DNA of 64,000 nucleotides from Harriotta raleighana (taxonomy: Eukaryota). Positions within the stretch are counted from its first letter, which is position 1. Every line of letters starts with the position of its first letter. The stretch spans positions 2,725,046 through 2,789,045 of the forward strand of contig JBNZDD010013634.1 in NCBI GenBank assembly GCA_050575255.1, written 5' to 3'. Below, piece by piece: positions 39,728 to 52,143 of the stretch. The notes beneath the pieces were generated by a model, which was not told where the DNA came from, ran no database searches, and saw only the letters and a program-made list of their open reading frames with translations. The translations under genes were made by a program, and so were the position numbers.

Positions 39728-41614
39728 TACCAATAATTTGCTTTATTGTGTATGTGTTTCTATAGAGCGTACAGTGTTCATCCATCTTAAAGAGTTTCAC
39801 ATGAAATTGGTCTCATGTGTAGTAATAATAATAACAACAATGATAATAATCCTTGCATTTGATATAGTGCTTTTCACATCTTATCGAAGTCCCAAAGCTC
39901 TTCACAGAATATACTGTAAAGTGAATTGACTGTATATTTGTGGGCGGATATATTTGTATATTTTTAGACAAATGTGGCAATCAGCTTGCAAGGAATCACA
40001 GACAAGCATGTAATTGGGACATTCTCCTGACGTGAAAGCCGCTATGGAAATGTAATTTGTTGTTGTTTACTTCAAAAACAATACTCACAGCACCAAACTT
40101 TTCAGGGAAGTCACATTTTCCATTTCTTCTGTTTCATCCGCACGAAATGTACTGTGTGAATCCGTTAGCTCCANAAACAATACTCACAGCACCAAACTTT
40201 TCAGGGAAGTCACATTTTCCATTTTCCAGTTCTTCTGTTTCATCCGCACAAAATGTACTGTGTGAATCCGTTAGCTCCAACTGGCACATCACATCATGCG
40301 ACCAAAATAAATATCAGCTGACTACACACTGGGACTGTCGCAGTCTTGTACCAAACAGGTTTGGGATTAAAAAAGCACGGGATTTTACTCTGGGTGAATA
40401 AATGCAGTCATACAGCTTATTTTCTGCAGCACTTACTTTCTACGAAATCTTGCTTAACATTAATTTGATTATCCCACCAGAGATCAGAAGCCCGGAACTC
40501 CACTTCCTCTGGGCCTATAAAATCATCATGTTTCGCCCACATATATACAGTCAATTTACTTTACAGTATATTCTGTGAAGTGCTTTGAAACGTCTGGAAG
40601 ACTTGTAAAGCACTATATCAAATGCAAGGATTATTATTATACCTTAAAAATATCAAATTGAACAGAATCCTGAAAAATTCTTTGTAAAAAAAATGAAGAA
40701 AGTCTAAGCACTAGAGAAGAACTTGTTTCCAGAGTAAGGCTGAATTTAAGAGTTTTTGCTGCACATCTGCGCCTTCCTGAATTTTAGCACCAACAAATGA
40801 CATTTAACATCGCACCTTTCACTTTGGGAGGACGTCCCAAGGTGCTGGATATTTAAGATTATAAAGATTATAGAGGTTAAGGCCAGGCACAATTTTCAGC
40901 AGCAGGTGTCCTCACTTTCATAAAACACTCCTAAACACCACAGGTGTTGGCTAACCTCCAGTGTCTGACTCAAGTGGCCTTTTTTTTTCCCCTGTAGGAG
41001 TGTTGGCAGACAATTCAACCATGGCACGATCTTGTCCTAATCTAACGTCCAAACACACGCATTCTTCCTAGCTGGGGTCACTGGATAGCAAACAGGTACT
41101 GGCTGATTTACCCCTCTCAAATTTATAGGCAGGGAAAACCAACCACAGCATTCTCTGCTGCCCCGATCAATCAACTCACTGAGCACAGCTCAGACAACAA
41201 CCTGGTGGTTGCAGGTGGGGATGGGTGTGATTTGCGAGAAGTGACTTGACCAATCATTTACCGTTAGGCGCTACTTTTATTCTTGCTTTGCTGCTTTTTT
41301 TCTCTAATACGGGCAATAATGTCCATAAATGTCCAGCAATTATTGGTCACAAAAGAACAAAACAAGAACATCAATAAAGTGTCTAGAAAGATATTTAGTA
41401 GAGTGTTAGTTCAGGCCATGGGCAGGATTAATAACAACAGTACATGTGGTATGAAAGTAAATTGTATGGTATTAAAAATATCAAATGGTGGTGTTATATG
41501 CCTCTGCTGAGCAGTAAAATACTAAATGCTGATTTCTCTCTACAGAAATTTGCGATGCCCTTCTAGCGCAAGTGGCTTTCACTTTCTAAGATGCCTTTGG
41601 AATCTAAAGACCTG

Positions 41615-41860
41615 AATAATAATGCTTGCATTTGATATAGCGCTTTTCACATCTTCTAAACGTCTCAAAGCGCTTCACAGAATATACTTTAAAGTAAATT
41701 GACTGTACATTTGTGGGCAAAATGCGGCAGTCAATTGCACATAANTTGGCTGTGTCCCACAAACAGTCGTGGATTGAAATAACCCTTTTTTTTTTAGGGA
41801 TTATTATCAGGCGTGTGGCGTGTGGAAACTTGCCCAAGGTTTTGCCCTGCCTGGAATCGC
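41615..41860 (-). mobile_element. tRNA-derived SINE
   Basis: Same family; contains an n gap. Confidence 0.85.
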
Positions 41861-42674
41861 TTGTAATCCTTTGCTAAACACTCACCAAACAAAACACTTT
41901 AAACTCTCCATTCTCTGTCATTTTCCTGTCAAGTGAGTTTGTGAAATTAACATGCAAATGCAATCAAAGAAAATCTGTTCCGGTCTTGTAAAATGTATCT
42001 CCGCCTCCCAACCAACGATGGGATGAGTTTTGCTCCTGTTATAATCAGTACAGATGCTGGCATTTCTATATTGCCCACAGTCCACATTCATCCTGACCCA
42101 ATGAATGTCAACCATACACTTATCATAACATACAGTGGTTTGTCATCACGGTATCATTCTGCTTTATATTGCAGTTGGATTTATGTTTGCCACTTGTCTC
42201 ATTCCTGGTGACAGTGGGTTTGCTGGATTTGCTAGAATTTAAATCCAGAACAATAAGGGCACACACAAGTTGAGTCACAGCCAATTGTGTTGCTTCATGA
42301 TTGTGTGGTTTGCTGAAAAGCTATCCAGGTTCTCACATGACACACTGCGTTGAACAGATACCAGTCGGTGATTTCACACAAGTTTTTTTTAAAATCAGAT
42401 AGTACTCACTGCTCACGTGGAGCTTCTGTAGAACAGAATAGGAATGGATTTATTAATGCAGCTGTCAAAGTTGTGGGCAAATTTATTTCGGTCACGAGAC
42501 GCAACTTTCTAAATTGTTTTAACCTTGTGTGAAAAGTCGCCTTTAACCCTTCCTGTACTCAATAAATGGGACACGCAGAATTAATGCTCATGTGACACTT
42601 GGGAGAGGGAGAATAAAGTATAAGCTTACAGAAACCAAATAAATGCTCCCATCTGTCACAGGCAATCAGTCCAT

Positions 42675-42938
42675 CAACAACAACAAAATTACATTTACAG
42701 AGCGCCCTTCATGTCGAGAGGACGACCCAAGGCGCTGAACAGACAGGTCAGGACCCAAGCGGGGGAGGGTGATGGGGGGAGAGTAGGTAGGGGGGAGAGT
42801 AGGTAGGAGGGAGAGAGTTGGGAGGGTGGCAGAAGGCACGATCGAGACCAGCCTTGAAGGAGGTAAGGGAGGAAGCGAGGCGAAGGGACTGTGGGATGGA
42901 GTTCCAGAGTGTGGGGGCAGGGAGGCTGAAAGCCCATT
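42675..42938 (-). mobile_element. L2 LINE 3' fragment
   Basis: Minus-strand AFSLPAPTLWNSIPQSLRLASSLTSFKAGL plus the same 3' tail as the 47-kb copy. Confidence 0.85.
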
Positions 42939-45900
42939 GCATTCAATGTTCAAAATTTCAACAAGAGTTTAGCACAGCAAATATATCCAATGGGTTATTG
43001 GTGCAGTCAGTTGAACAAATAGGTTGCGTCCAATGCAAAGGTCATTGGCATGTGTGTCTAACTGCAAAATGGTGGGGTTATAAAGTCTTCTACGCAGTTT
43101 CTGTTGGTCTCTTCCTCATGGCAGGGCATCAGATACTATGAAAGTCTGAACAAAGAGAGAAACATTACAACAGAAGGCTGACATGAATGTTTAACCTTCT
43201 AATCTTTTGGATTTGAAGCTGTGCCCAACCCTCATCCTGGAGGTGGGGACACAAACTACTGCAAGAAGCGGAAGCAGTGACAGGTTTAAAAAAGGAGCTA
43301 ATTATAAATTTACAGCAAATCGCCCATTCATTCTCCGGTACTGAACCACACCACATTCACTGGAGCTGGTTGGTCAGTCAGATAATTGGCCATCACTTCA
43401 TACAAACCCATTCGTCCAACAGCAAAATTTATTTTTACCAATGTAAAACGTTACAACAAAATTACATTTATAGAACGCCTTTCGCGTCAGGAAGACATCC
43501 CAAGGTGCTTTATCACAATGTTTAAATTTATACAATAACCACAGAACTTATTGTTTCTACTGAACAATAAAAATGAAAGCAATTAGTTCCTCAAGACATT
43601 AAACAATCATTTCAGACTTGTGAGGTGTTAAATCGAATGTATTTCTCATGCTAAAGAAGTGAAACTGCTTACAATATAAAGGGGGAAAAAGACATGATAA
43701 GATTGCAATGAATAAATCATACTCCCATATTTCATCCACTCAATCTAGTCCCAGTGATAAAATTATCTTATATAGATGACTTGAAATACACAACTTTCCA
43801 AACATATCAAGTCTTTTTAATATCATCTCCAGGAATTGATTAACACTGTATACCTAATTTACATTGATTAAGTAAATTCAAGAAAGGAGATTACACTTGT
43901 ACGGTACAAATTTAGGTTTAAATCTAAAATAAATTAGAAGTGCTGGGTTCAATTTAAAATTCAATCCATTTTCTCCCACCATATTTCTCATAATTATGAG
44001 ACATGAATTCTACTTAATTCATGTATTCGCTAATGCTTTCATATTTGAAATTAGGATTTGAATGTCCCTCCTGGTGCAGATTCTAACACAGACAGACAGC
44101 ACTTTGTATGCTGCAAATCTCAAATAATGCATCACTTCTGGCCTTGAGGCTAAGACTGATCTTTTGCCTATCAAGAGGATAAATAATTGGCTTTCCTGGA
44201 AAACCTACCAAAGCTGCTCTGCCATTGACCCAATATTAGAAAGAGGTTACTCCCTCTAACTCCTAAAAGAGAAAGAAAACTCACATTACTTGGCTTTGTT
44301 TTGAAGAACAAAAGTTGGAAGAACTTTATTTTTTGATCAGTCGGGTGTCTGACACCCACCCATGCAGAAATCCATCACTGTGCTTAAGAGCATCCAAACC
44401 AAGCTGAGATTTCCAGGCATCTCACTTGAACTTGGAAATCACAGAGGTAAGATTGTTGGAATGGAATGCGCACTCACTCCCTGCAGGGACACTTGCTTTA
44501 CCTAATTCCCGGAAAGTATTAGGCTCAAAGGGCTCCAATCACATCAGTGAGAACCAGAACATTTTGTAAGTCCGTCTCCCAGAGAACCCATCTTTGCTTT
44601 CATTTACAGTGACAAAGCAATTCCAACGCCTATATAAAAAAAAGCGTTTCTGCCACAGCGTAAAATATTAATTTCCCTTAACCTCCAGACTAAACTGTCC
44701 AGTCACATTTCACACTCTCGATTGATGTTAGTGCAACAACTCCGAGGGTCCTCATCAAATGTAGACAAAATAAACCAAAAGTGAGCCAAAAATCAACTCT
44801 GTGTGCAGTGAATGGCTCGGCATTCAATCTGTTGATAGGTTGCATAATAATAAATCAGAATCCTTGAATTTCTACAGGACAAGCACTTTACAGTGTACAC
44901 TGTGGAGTGAAATGACTATATTTTATGGACGAAACGCAGCAGCCAATTGCACATTGCACAGGAATGTCCCATGAACATAGGGAATTCAGGGCAAGCAGTT
45001 GTTAGATTTACTGCAGGCTCGGAAAGATGGAGCTAAGCCAATATATTCCAAAAGTTTGGGTCGAAGGGGTTTAGGGTGTGGGGTGAGGAGGGAATGGAAT
45101 GGTGGGGTGGAGGAGGAGACAGCTTTCAAAGCAGTTACCGCCTTTTACGTCAGCAGATAGGACAGGAAAGTAGCCTATACTGAGGCTGGTTGCTTCACCA
45201 TTTCTTCTTCATGTTCTATATTCTCCAAAGCTACTCTAACCCAGCAATCAAACGCAATACACACCAAACATCACCTTCACAATAACACATTTTTGAAATA
45301 TATACGTATAAATAACAACAACAACAACTTGCATTTGCATAGCGCCCTTCACACGGGTTAGCATCTCGAAGCACTCTCTTTCCAGGGTGGATCATTGGAC
45401 TCAAAGATGCACGTACTGAGTGTAACTGCTGCACTTAATATGCAAACTCAATTGGAAAAAAAAATGTCTTTTGACAAGATCCCTCAAGCAGAAAGCAAAT
45501 TTTCTGCTCCGCAAAGCTTATAATGACATTACTTAAATCCCAGATTCCAGTGTTAAGAATGCCTTTAACCATTTCACTGATTTCCGACATCACATGCATT
45601 TGAGAAAACAATCACCTAAACTAGGACTACCTTCAGTTACAGCTACATTTCACTCTTAGTAACCGTTGGAGGCAACAGCAGTTAATATTTTAAATGAAAT
45701 GGATCCAATTGTCAATAGCCAAACCTCAACCAAATTCCACGTGCATCTGCATGATCAGACGTGGCTGCTGCAAGGATTAGTATGCCAAACATATTTAGGC
45801 CATCATTCTACAGGACATACACTTCAGCAAGATTCATCTCATGTACTGTGAAAGAATCTCATCAATAAGAATATCTGCAAAGAGAGCAAGCACAGTGCGA

Positions 45901-46535
45901 TACAAAATTTAAAACAGGCAACCATTTCTGATCGCTGTCAATGTTGTTTTACTGGTTTGTAACCTTCCTATGGACACTGGGGGTGGGTGCGATGGGGGAG
46001 CAGATATGTTACCCATGGTGTCTAATGCAGAGTAATAACTGTGCAACTAGGCAGATACCCATCTGTTCTCAATTCTGCTGACCATACAGCAAGTCCGTCC
46101 CACAACAGCGAATTGTTTCTACAAAAGGAAGTGTTGCTTTTTTGTACCTAAACAGCCGTCATTGCTTTCTGCAAGAGGTGCCAGAGAAAGAAAGAGTGAA
46201 ATGTGGCCCTGAAAAGACACAGCAGGTCTTTGCGTTGCATGACCACTTCTCCTCCGGACGCCAATAAGTCACTGCAAATAAAAATGAAATTCAACCACAG
46301 CACGAAAGAAGCAAATCCGCCTCCTCCAAACATACCACAATTAATGTGCTGCAGATGACTGCAATAACAACAACGAAATATAATAAGTCCAGCATTTTGT
46401 CAAATTTGTCTTTGGCGGAAGTGCTGACATCCACTTCTTCCAATAATACAGCAAACAGGAAGGATTCCCCAAGCATTTAGTGCAATAGTTGGATCTGTTC
46501 TACAGATAGAGTGTTACCCAATATTCATGTCCAGG

Positions 46536-46645
46536 AACAAAAACACAAGTCGCTGAGAACACTCAGCGGGTCAGGCAACATCTATGGAGAAAGGCAAGTG
46601 AGTCAATGTTTCCTTCATCAGAACTGTCCAGGTGGCTGCCTGAAC
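46536..46645 (-). mobile_element. Degenerate copy of the Penelope-like element
   Basis: aacaaaaacac...actcagcgggtcaggcaacatctatggagaaaggcaagtgagtcaatgtttc...ttcatcagaac, with stem II deleted. Confidence 0.65.
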
Positions 46646-46879
46646 TGTGCAGTGCTGCAGTTTCTTGGGGAGGTGAAGAATGAAGAGCTGAACTGGCTCA
46701 AAGGTGACCTGTTTGGACACAGAATGTTGGATTGAGCCAGCTCTCTCTGGCAGGGTCAGTAGCCTGGTTCCTGACCAGACTAGTCCGCTTTACTCCATAG
46801 CACTGCTGATGATAGTTTAGCCAACCTGGCTTTTTGGCAGCTCTCGGAAGAGCTGAGTCATTACTGTGGCAGTGAATCC

Positions 46880-47605
46880 TCCCCCTCAATCCTGCAAGCC
46901 AAAGCTGCCTTCCACCACCTCCAGAACATCGCCAGGCTATGACACTGCCTCACCCCTCATGCTGCTGAAATACTAGTCCACGCCTTCATCACCTCAAGGC
47001 TGGACTATGGGAACTCTCTCCTCGTGGGCCTTCCCGGCTCCTACATCCACAAGCTGCAGATCATCCAGAACTCTGCAGCTCGTGTACTCTCCCGCACCAG
47101 GCTTCGAGACCACATCACTCCCACCCTCGCCCGTCTCCACTGGCTCCCCATCCTCCAGAGGATTGAATTCAAGATCCTCATCCTTACCTACAAGGCCATT
47201 CACGGCCTTGCTCCCTCCTACCTCTCCGACCTACTATCCCCCTATCTACCTGCCCGTATTCTCCGTTCCTCTGGCTCTGGTCTGCTCCACATCCCCTGCC
47301 CTAACCATCCTATCATCGGCGGCCGGGCTTTCAGCTGCTCAGCTCCCAGGCTCTGGAACTCCATCCCCTAGTGCCTTCGCCTCGCTTCCTCCCTTTCCTC
47401 TTTCAAGGCCAGTCTCAAGACCTTTCTCTTCGACCGTGCCTTCAGCTCCCCTCTCGAGTCTCTACCCCCTCCTTGCTCCCACCCTCCCCCCCCTCACCCT
47501 GAACATTTCCCCCTGCTCGGGTCTTAAACCAACTGTCCAGCGCCTTGGGATGTCCTCCTGACGTCAAACGCGCTCTATAAATGCAATTCTGTTGTTGTTG
47601 TTGTT
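46880..47605 (+). mobile_element. L2-clade LINE 3' fragment (ORF2 C-terminus, 3'UTR, (GTT)n tail)
   Basis: Translation [18 protein letters not shown]...[12 protein letters not shown]...[14 protein letters not shown]...[15 protein letters not shown] is typical of L2 ORF2; in-frame stops; ends cgctctataaatgcaattctgttgttgttg. Confidence 0.9.
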
Positions 47606-48779
47606 AATAGCTAGGGAAAGTTTATCAATGGCAAGGTTTGTGATTTTAGCTGGTCAGACTGCAGCAGTACTCGAACTCACACTCTGGGGTCCCCAAGTCT
47701 AATACTGTACTTTTCAGAATTAGTTAAGCAGAAATGCATTCCTCCAGGGAGAGAGTGCTACAGTCCATCTCTGGACTTTCCGTTTGTAAGTGGGATGCAT
47801 GGAATTCTTAAGCAACAGTGAAGGGTTTCATTTCCTGGTTGAACAGAAATAAAAACAGCCTGAAATCAGACTTTTCTCTGATTCACCAGTAAGTCACATC
47901 ACCATAACACAACTCCGGTCAATAAAAGACACAAATATGCTATTTTTAAAAATCATAAATCAACTCATTACAATGTATGACACATGTATAGGTGTGTAAA
48001 AGTGTCGTCATTATTATTCTTATGCCCAAGTCAAGCCTATATAAAGCTGCACAATATTTTAAAAAAACTTAAAATTAGGCAAGGCAGCAAACAGCATTCA
48101 CACCTAGCAGTTACCAGTTGAGTTACCAGTTACTCAAAATCAGGTTGGCAAATTGTGAACAATTACAACAAAATTATATTTGTCTAGCGTCGGGAATGAA
48201 TATGAAACGTTTCTAACACATCAGGGCACGAGAGCATCAGGAAATCTTACAATACCAATAACAATGACCCAAAAGAGGTGACAATACTGCATGATAGACT
48301 GAACCCGTCCAACAGTCACATTGTTCTCCAACACAGTGTTAACAGTCTGCGATGTTGACTGATCATTAAAAGAGCAGTCCTTTCCACAGCAACTAATAAA
48401 CTAATAAAGATTGCAACCCCCTTGTATTGATATTGCTTTGTGACTTTTCGCAGGAGTTTCAGTTTAGCCTTCGGTCATCGCAAAGGAATTTGAAAATGTC
48501 CCAAAATGCACTTGTTGATAGGGTAGTGGGGAGGAAACTGCATTAAAAACCTCATCATTGTTAGGGATTCTGCCGGAATTTTAATTTGTCTCCATTATAC
48601 AGCACCTCAAATTTCATGTTGTCTTACCTAAGGTTTCACAGAATTGTGGAAAATACTTAAGAGCTTCACCTTAATTAGGTAATAGATCGATTTTAAGAAC
48701 TGAGAAATATCTGCTTCCAAAAATAAGACCGATTCTGATGGATCTTATTGGTTACATTTCGTAATATTTCTTATATTCG

Positions 48780-49077
48780 TGGAGTCTTGTAGCTCAGTGA
48801 TTAGAGCACTTGCTTTACAAGCAAGAGACCTGGGTTTGATTCCAGGCTGGGTGAAATCTTGGGCAAGTTTCCTTACTCCATATGCCTTATAATAATAAAC
48901 CCTCAAAAAAAATTGGTCATTTCAACCTATGACTGTTTGTGGGACACTTCTATACGCAACTGGCTGCCACGTTTCGCCCACATATGTAGTCAATTCACTT
49001 TACAGTATATTCTGTGAAGCACTTTGAGACATCTAGAAGACGTGAAAAGCGCTATACCAAATGCAAGGATTATTATT
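48780..49077 (+). mobile_element. Full-length tRNA-derived SINE (Deu-related, L2-type tail)
   Basis: Head tagctcagtgattagagc (A box) ... ggtttgattcc (B box); body gggcaagtttccttactcca, tgtttgtgggacac, ggctgccacgttt; tail gtgaaaagcgctataccaaatgcaaggattattatt. Confidence 0.9.
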
Positions 49078-49124
49078 AAATTTGTACCTTGGTGAGAGTT
49101 TTACCATAGCATGTTGAGTCAGTA

Positions 49125-49384
49125 CAATACTGTTATAAAACAAAAACAGAAGTTGCTAGGAAAACTCAGCAGGTCAGGCAACATCCATGGAGAAAGGAAA
49201 GTGAGTCAACGTTTCGGGTCCACGACCCTTCGTGAGTTCTGATGAAGGGTGGTGGACCCGAAACGTTGACTCACTTTCCTTTCTCCATGGATGCTGCCTG
49301 ACCTGCTGAATTTTCCCCACAACTTCTGTTTTTGTTTCAGATTTCCAGCATCTGGAGTATTTTGTGTTTTCAATACTGTTATAA
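49125..49384 (+). mobile_element. Palindromic non-autonomous Penelope-like (pLTR-derived) element with 14-bp TSD
   Basis: Inverted arms ~49138-49232 and ~49243-49337; one arm extends to 49370; flanked by direct repeat caatactgttataa (49125-49138, 49371-49384); contains a hammerhead core. Confidence 0.8.
49232..49274 (+). ncRNA. Minimal type I hammerhead ribozyme motif
   Basis: GTGAGTT-CTGATGA-A-GGGT(ggtgg)ACCC-GAAA-CGTT-GACTCAC: stem I GTGAGTT/GACTCAC, conserved CUGAUGA and GAAA boxes, stem II GGGT/ACCC, palindromic ACGT at stem III. Confidence 0.65.
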
Positions 49385-50284
49385 GTTTGGCTGATTTAAA
49401 ATATAGGAAGTAAATTATATTAATTTTGCAAGATAACACAATTTTAAAAAAATTGTGTTGGGCAACAGTATCAGTAGCATCAAAATACACCAGATTGCAT
49501 CTTACTAACTCAACCAACTTCAATGTAGGAAATAGAGGTAGTTCAACATGTATGAAGTTCACACACCAAATTTATCTTCGATACAAAATGGATATGGTAA
49601 TGGTGTAATTATCACCAAACAGCGGTTGTGTTGAAGATTATTTTCATACAGTAACAGATGCTCAGTGACTCCACGCTCCAACATAGCCTATGAATTTTAC
49701 TGTGAATGGCCGCTGAATAGATTTTAAAAAAATAAAACACAAAGCAAACACCACACACACTTCTTGAGAGGTCAGCTTAATCTCACATGAACTAATGAGG
49801 TGCGGAATTACTGTAAGTCTCCACTTTCAAAGTCTCTACAAGACTTATAGTTAAGGAAACTCATCATGCCTGTCCTGGATCTTTAAAAGGGCTCTATCAT
49901 GTAGTCCCTCTCCCCTCCAATTTCACCATATCCTTTTATAGGTTTCTTTTTCCAAATATTTATCAACTTTCGTGTTAAAAGCTGTTTAGGATTCTCCCTT
50001 ATACCATGATCCGTGCTGCCAATAGTCCTCAAAGATAATAATAAATAAGAAATCTAACAAGTTTTTGGGGGATGGATTTTTTTTACTCTTTCAACTCCAA
50101 GGACATTGATCCTTATCATTTCCCAGGCACCTGCCACTCTCTGGTACTTTATCAAAGTAGCTATTTTTCATGTGCGAGTGTAGATGTCAGAGATACAGCA
50201 TTTGGACCATGGAGGACAGTAGGGTCAGTAGGCAGCAATCAGGAACCCTTGGTGTATCCCTGTCTCCCATCTCATCACATTAGT

Positions 50285-50610
50285 AGTAATAATAATAATA
50301 ATCCTTGCATTTTGACTTGGCGCTTTTCACATCTTATCAACGTCTCACAGTGCTTCTCAGAATATACTGTAAAGTGAATTGACTGTATATTTGTGGGTGA
50401 AACGCGCCAGCCAATTGTACCCAGCAGTGTCCCACAAACAGTTGTGGATTGAAATGACCAATTTTCATTATTATGTGTTTTTGGATGGATTATTAGTAGG
50501 CATGTGGAGTAAGGAAACTTGCCCAAGGTTTCACCCTGATCTGCCTGGAATCGAACACAGGTCTCACACTTGTAAGGCGCGTGCTCTAACCGCTGAGCTA
50601 CAGGAGCTCC
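50285..50610 (-). mobile_element. Full-length tRNA-derived SINE
   Basis: Reverse complement of the same family with intact head; a partial + strand copy follows at ~50625-50785. Confidence 0.9.
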
Positions 50611-52143
50611 TGTAATTTGTTCATCCCATGACTGTTTCAGGGACACTGCTGTGCTCATTTGGCTGCCGCATTCCACCCCAAAAATATTCAGTCAATTCAT
50701 TTAACAGTATATTCTGTGAAGCGCTTTGTGACATCTCAATTACATGATACAACGCTATATCAAATGCAAGGATTATTATGATTATCATCTCAGTTCAGGG
50801 ATGCTGAGGTCAACTGTACCACTGGTAACCTGCCTGTGATCAGCTGGGCCAGTCCGTACCTGGAGTCTGTGTGAACAGAGCATTGTCTAACTCTCTTGGT
50901 CAAAATTTTTATGCAATAAGTGTTTCACCGATCATGTGGTTTGGTCTGTATCGTTTCTTTGGGCTGGAGGCATGTGGCTGGTCAGCTGATGGTTCTGCAG
51001 CTTTTCCTCTCAATTGGTCTAATTCTGTACATAAGACAGAGAGAGAGCATAACAGCACGTTCAACAAAGCAGCTCTCAACACCGGACCACCGGAATCCAG
51101 TGGCAATCGGGCACAACGGACCGTAACACTTGGGAACATTGGCATCTTTGCCTCCACAAAAATCAAACGCACACATAATTAAACGTTTTCACAGTGCTGC
51201 ATTATGCGAATGTGAATGTACGTGAATCACTCTAAATATTCAGACGCTGGCTGACTTGTCAGCGCAGGCCAATGCTGGCATTGTTGCAGCTGAACTGTGC
51301 GGTGGTCACTTGTTGAATGGAGTTATTCATGGTATTCAACATCTGCCTGCCACACGCCCTCTGACTGCATCTCCCACAAAACAACATCCTTGCATTTTTC
51401 CCCCACTGACAATTTGTTTTCGCTCTGTCTGATGAGCAACTGAAATGACCATTTGTTTTCAAATACGAGATGTTTCAACGCTTTTGGAGAAAGCCATTTC
51501 ACTGGGACAGATTAGATCAGGTAGAGGTAAATAGAGTAACTCCCGTTCCTTTTTCGCCCCCTAAGAGCAAGTATATTACGCATTAGAACATAAGAATTGC
51601 TAGACGAATAGAGGAGTTAACGTCCATGCAGTTCGCCTTCCACTATCCTGGCAGTCGCATGCAATGACATGTCCCAAACTAAATCTTGCACCCCAAAATA
51701 TGATTTCCTAACAGAAATCTATCTCATTTGTTGTTCAAAGAGTCTTCCCTGGATGGTTGAGTGAAGAGTTAGAGATGCCTCACTTGCACTTTTCACATCT
51801 TCTTATTGAAATGAACTTTGCTTTGCACTCACAGCCAAGCCAGCAGAACTTTTTTTTCTTGAAATACAATTTGGAAAGTTTGCTTTCTCTCCCCACCCCA
51901 CCACCACCCCACTTACCATTGCCGATGGAAATCAGTGTCCCCAACTCAGCCTAGGTATAGCGTTCGTGTCTGAATAGCTCCAGGAAGGGGGAGGGAGGTA
52001 GGGGAGAGAGTTTGTACTGTGACTGCCTGGAGTTGCTGAGATGAGAAGAGGAGGGCAGTGAGGGGGGGGGGGTTGAAGGAGAGCTTGGCAAGCCTATGCA
52101 GTTACACTCGTTAATGACTGCAACGTCACCTCATGCCTGGACT

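Noticed and set aside
47007-47561. 184-aa and 115-aa ORFs as host genes
   Set aside because: Frames of a truncated, stop-containing L2 element.
48780-48852. tRNA gene-like sequence
   Set aside because: It is the head of a SINE, continuing into body and tail, and is repeated many times with decay.
50860-50883. MLCSHRLQ, somatostatin-like start
   Set aside because: Too short; no downstream exon with a signal peptide or FWKT motif was found.
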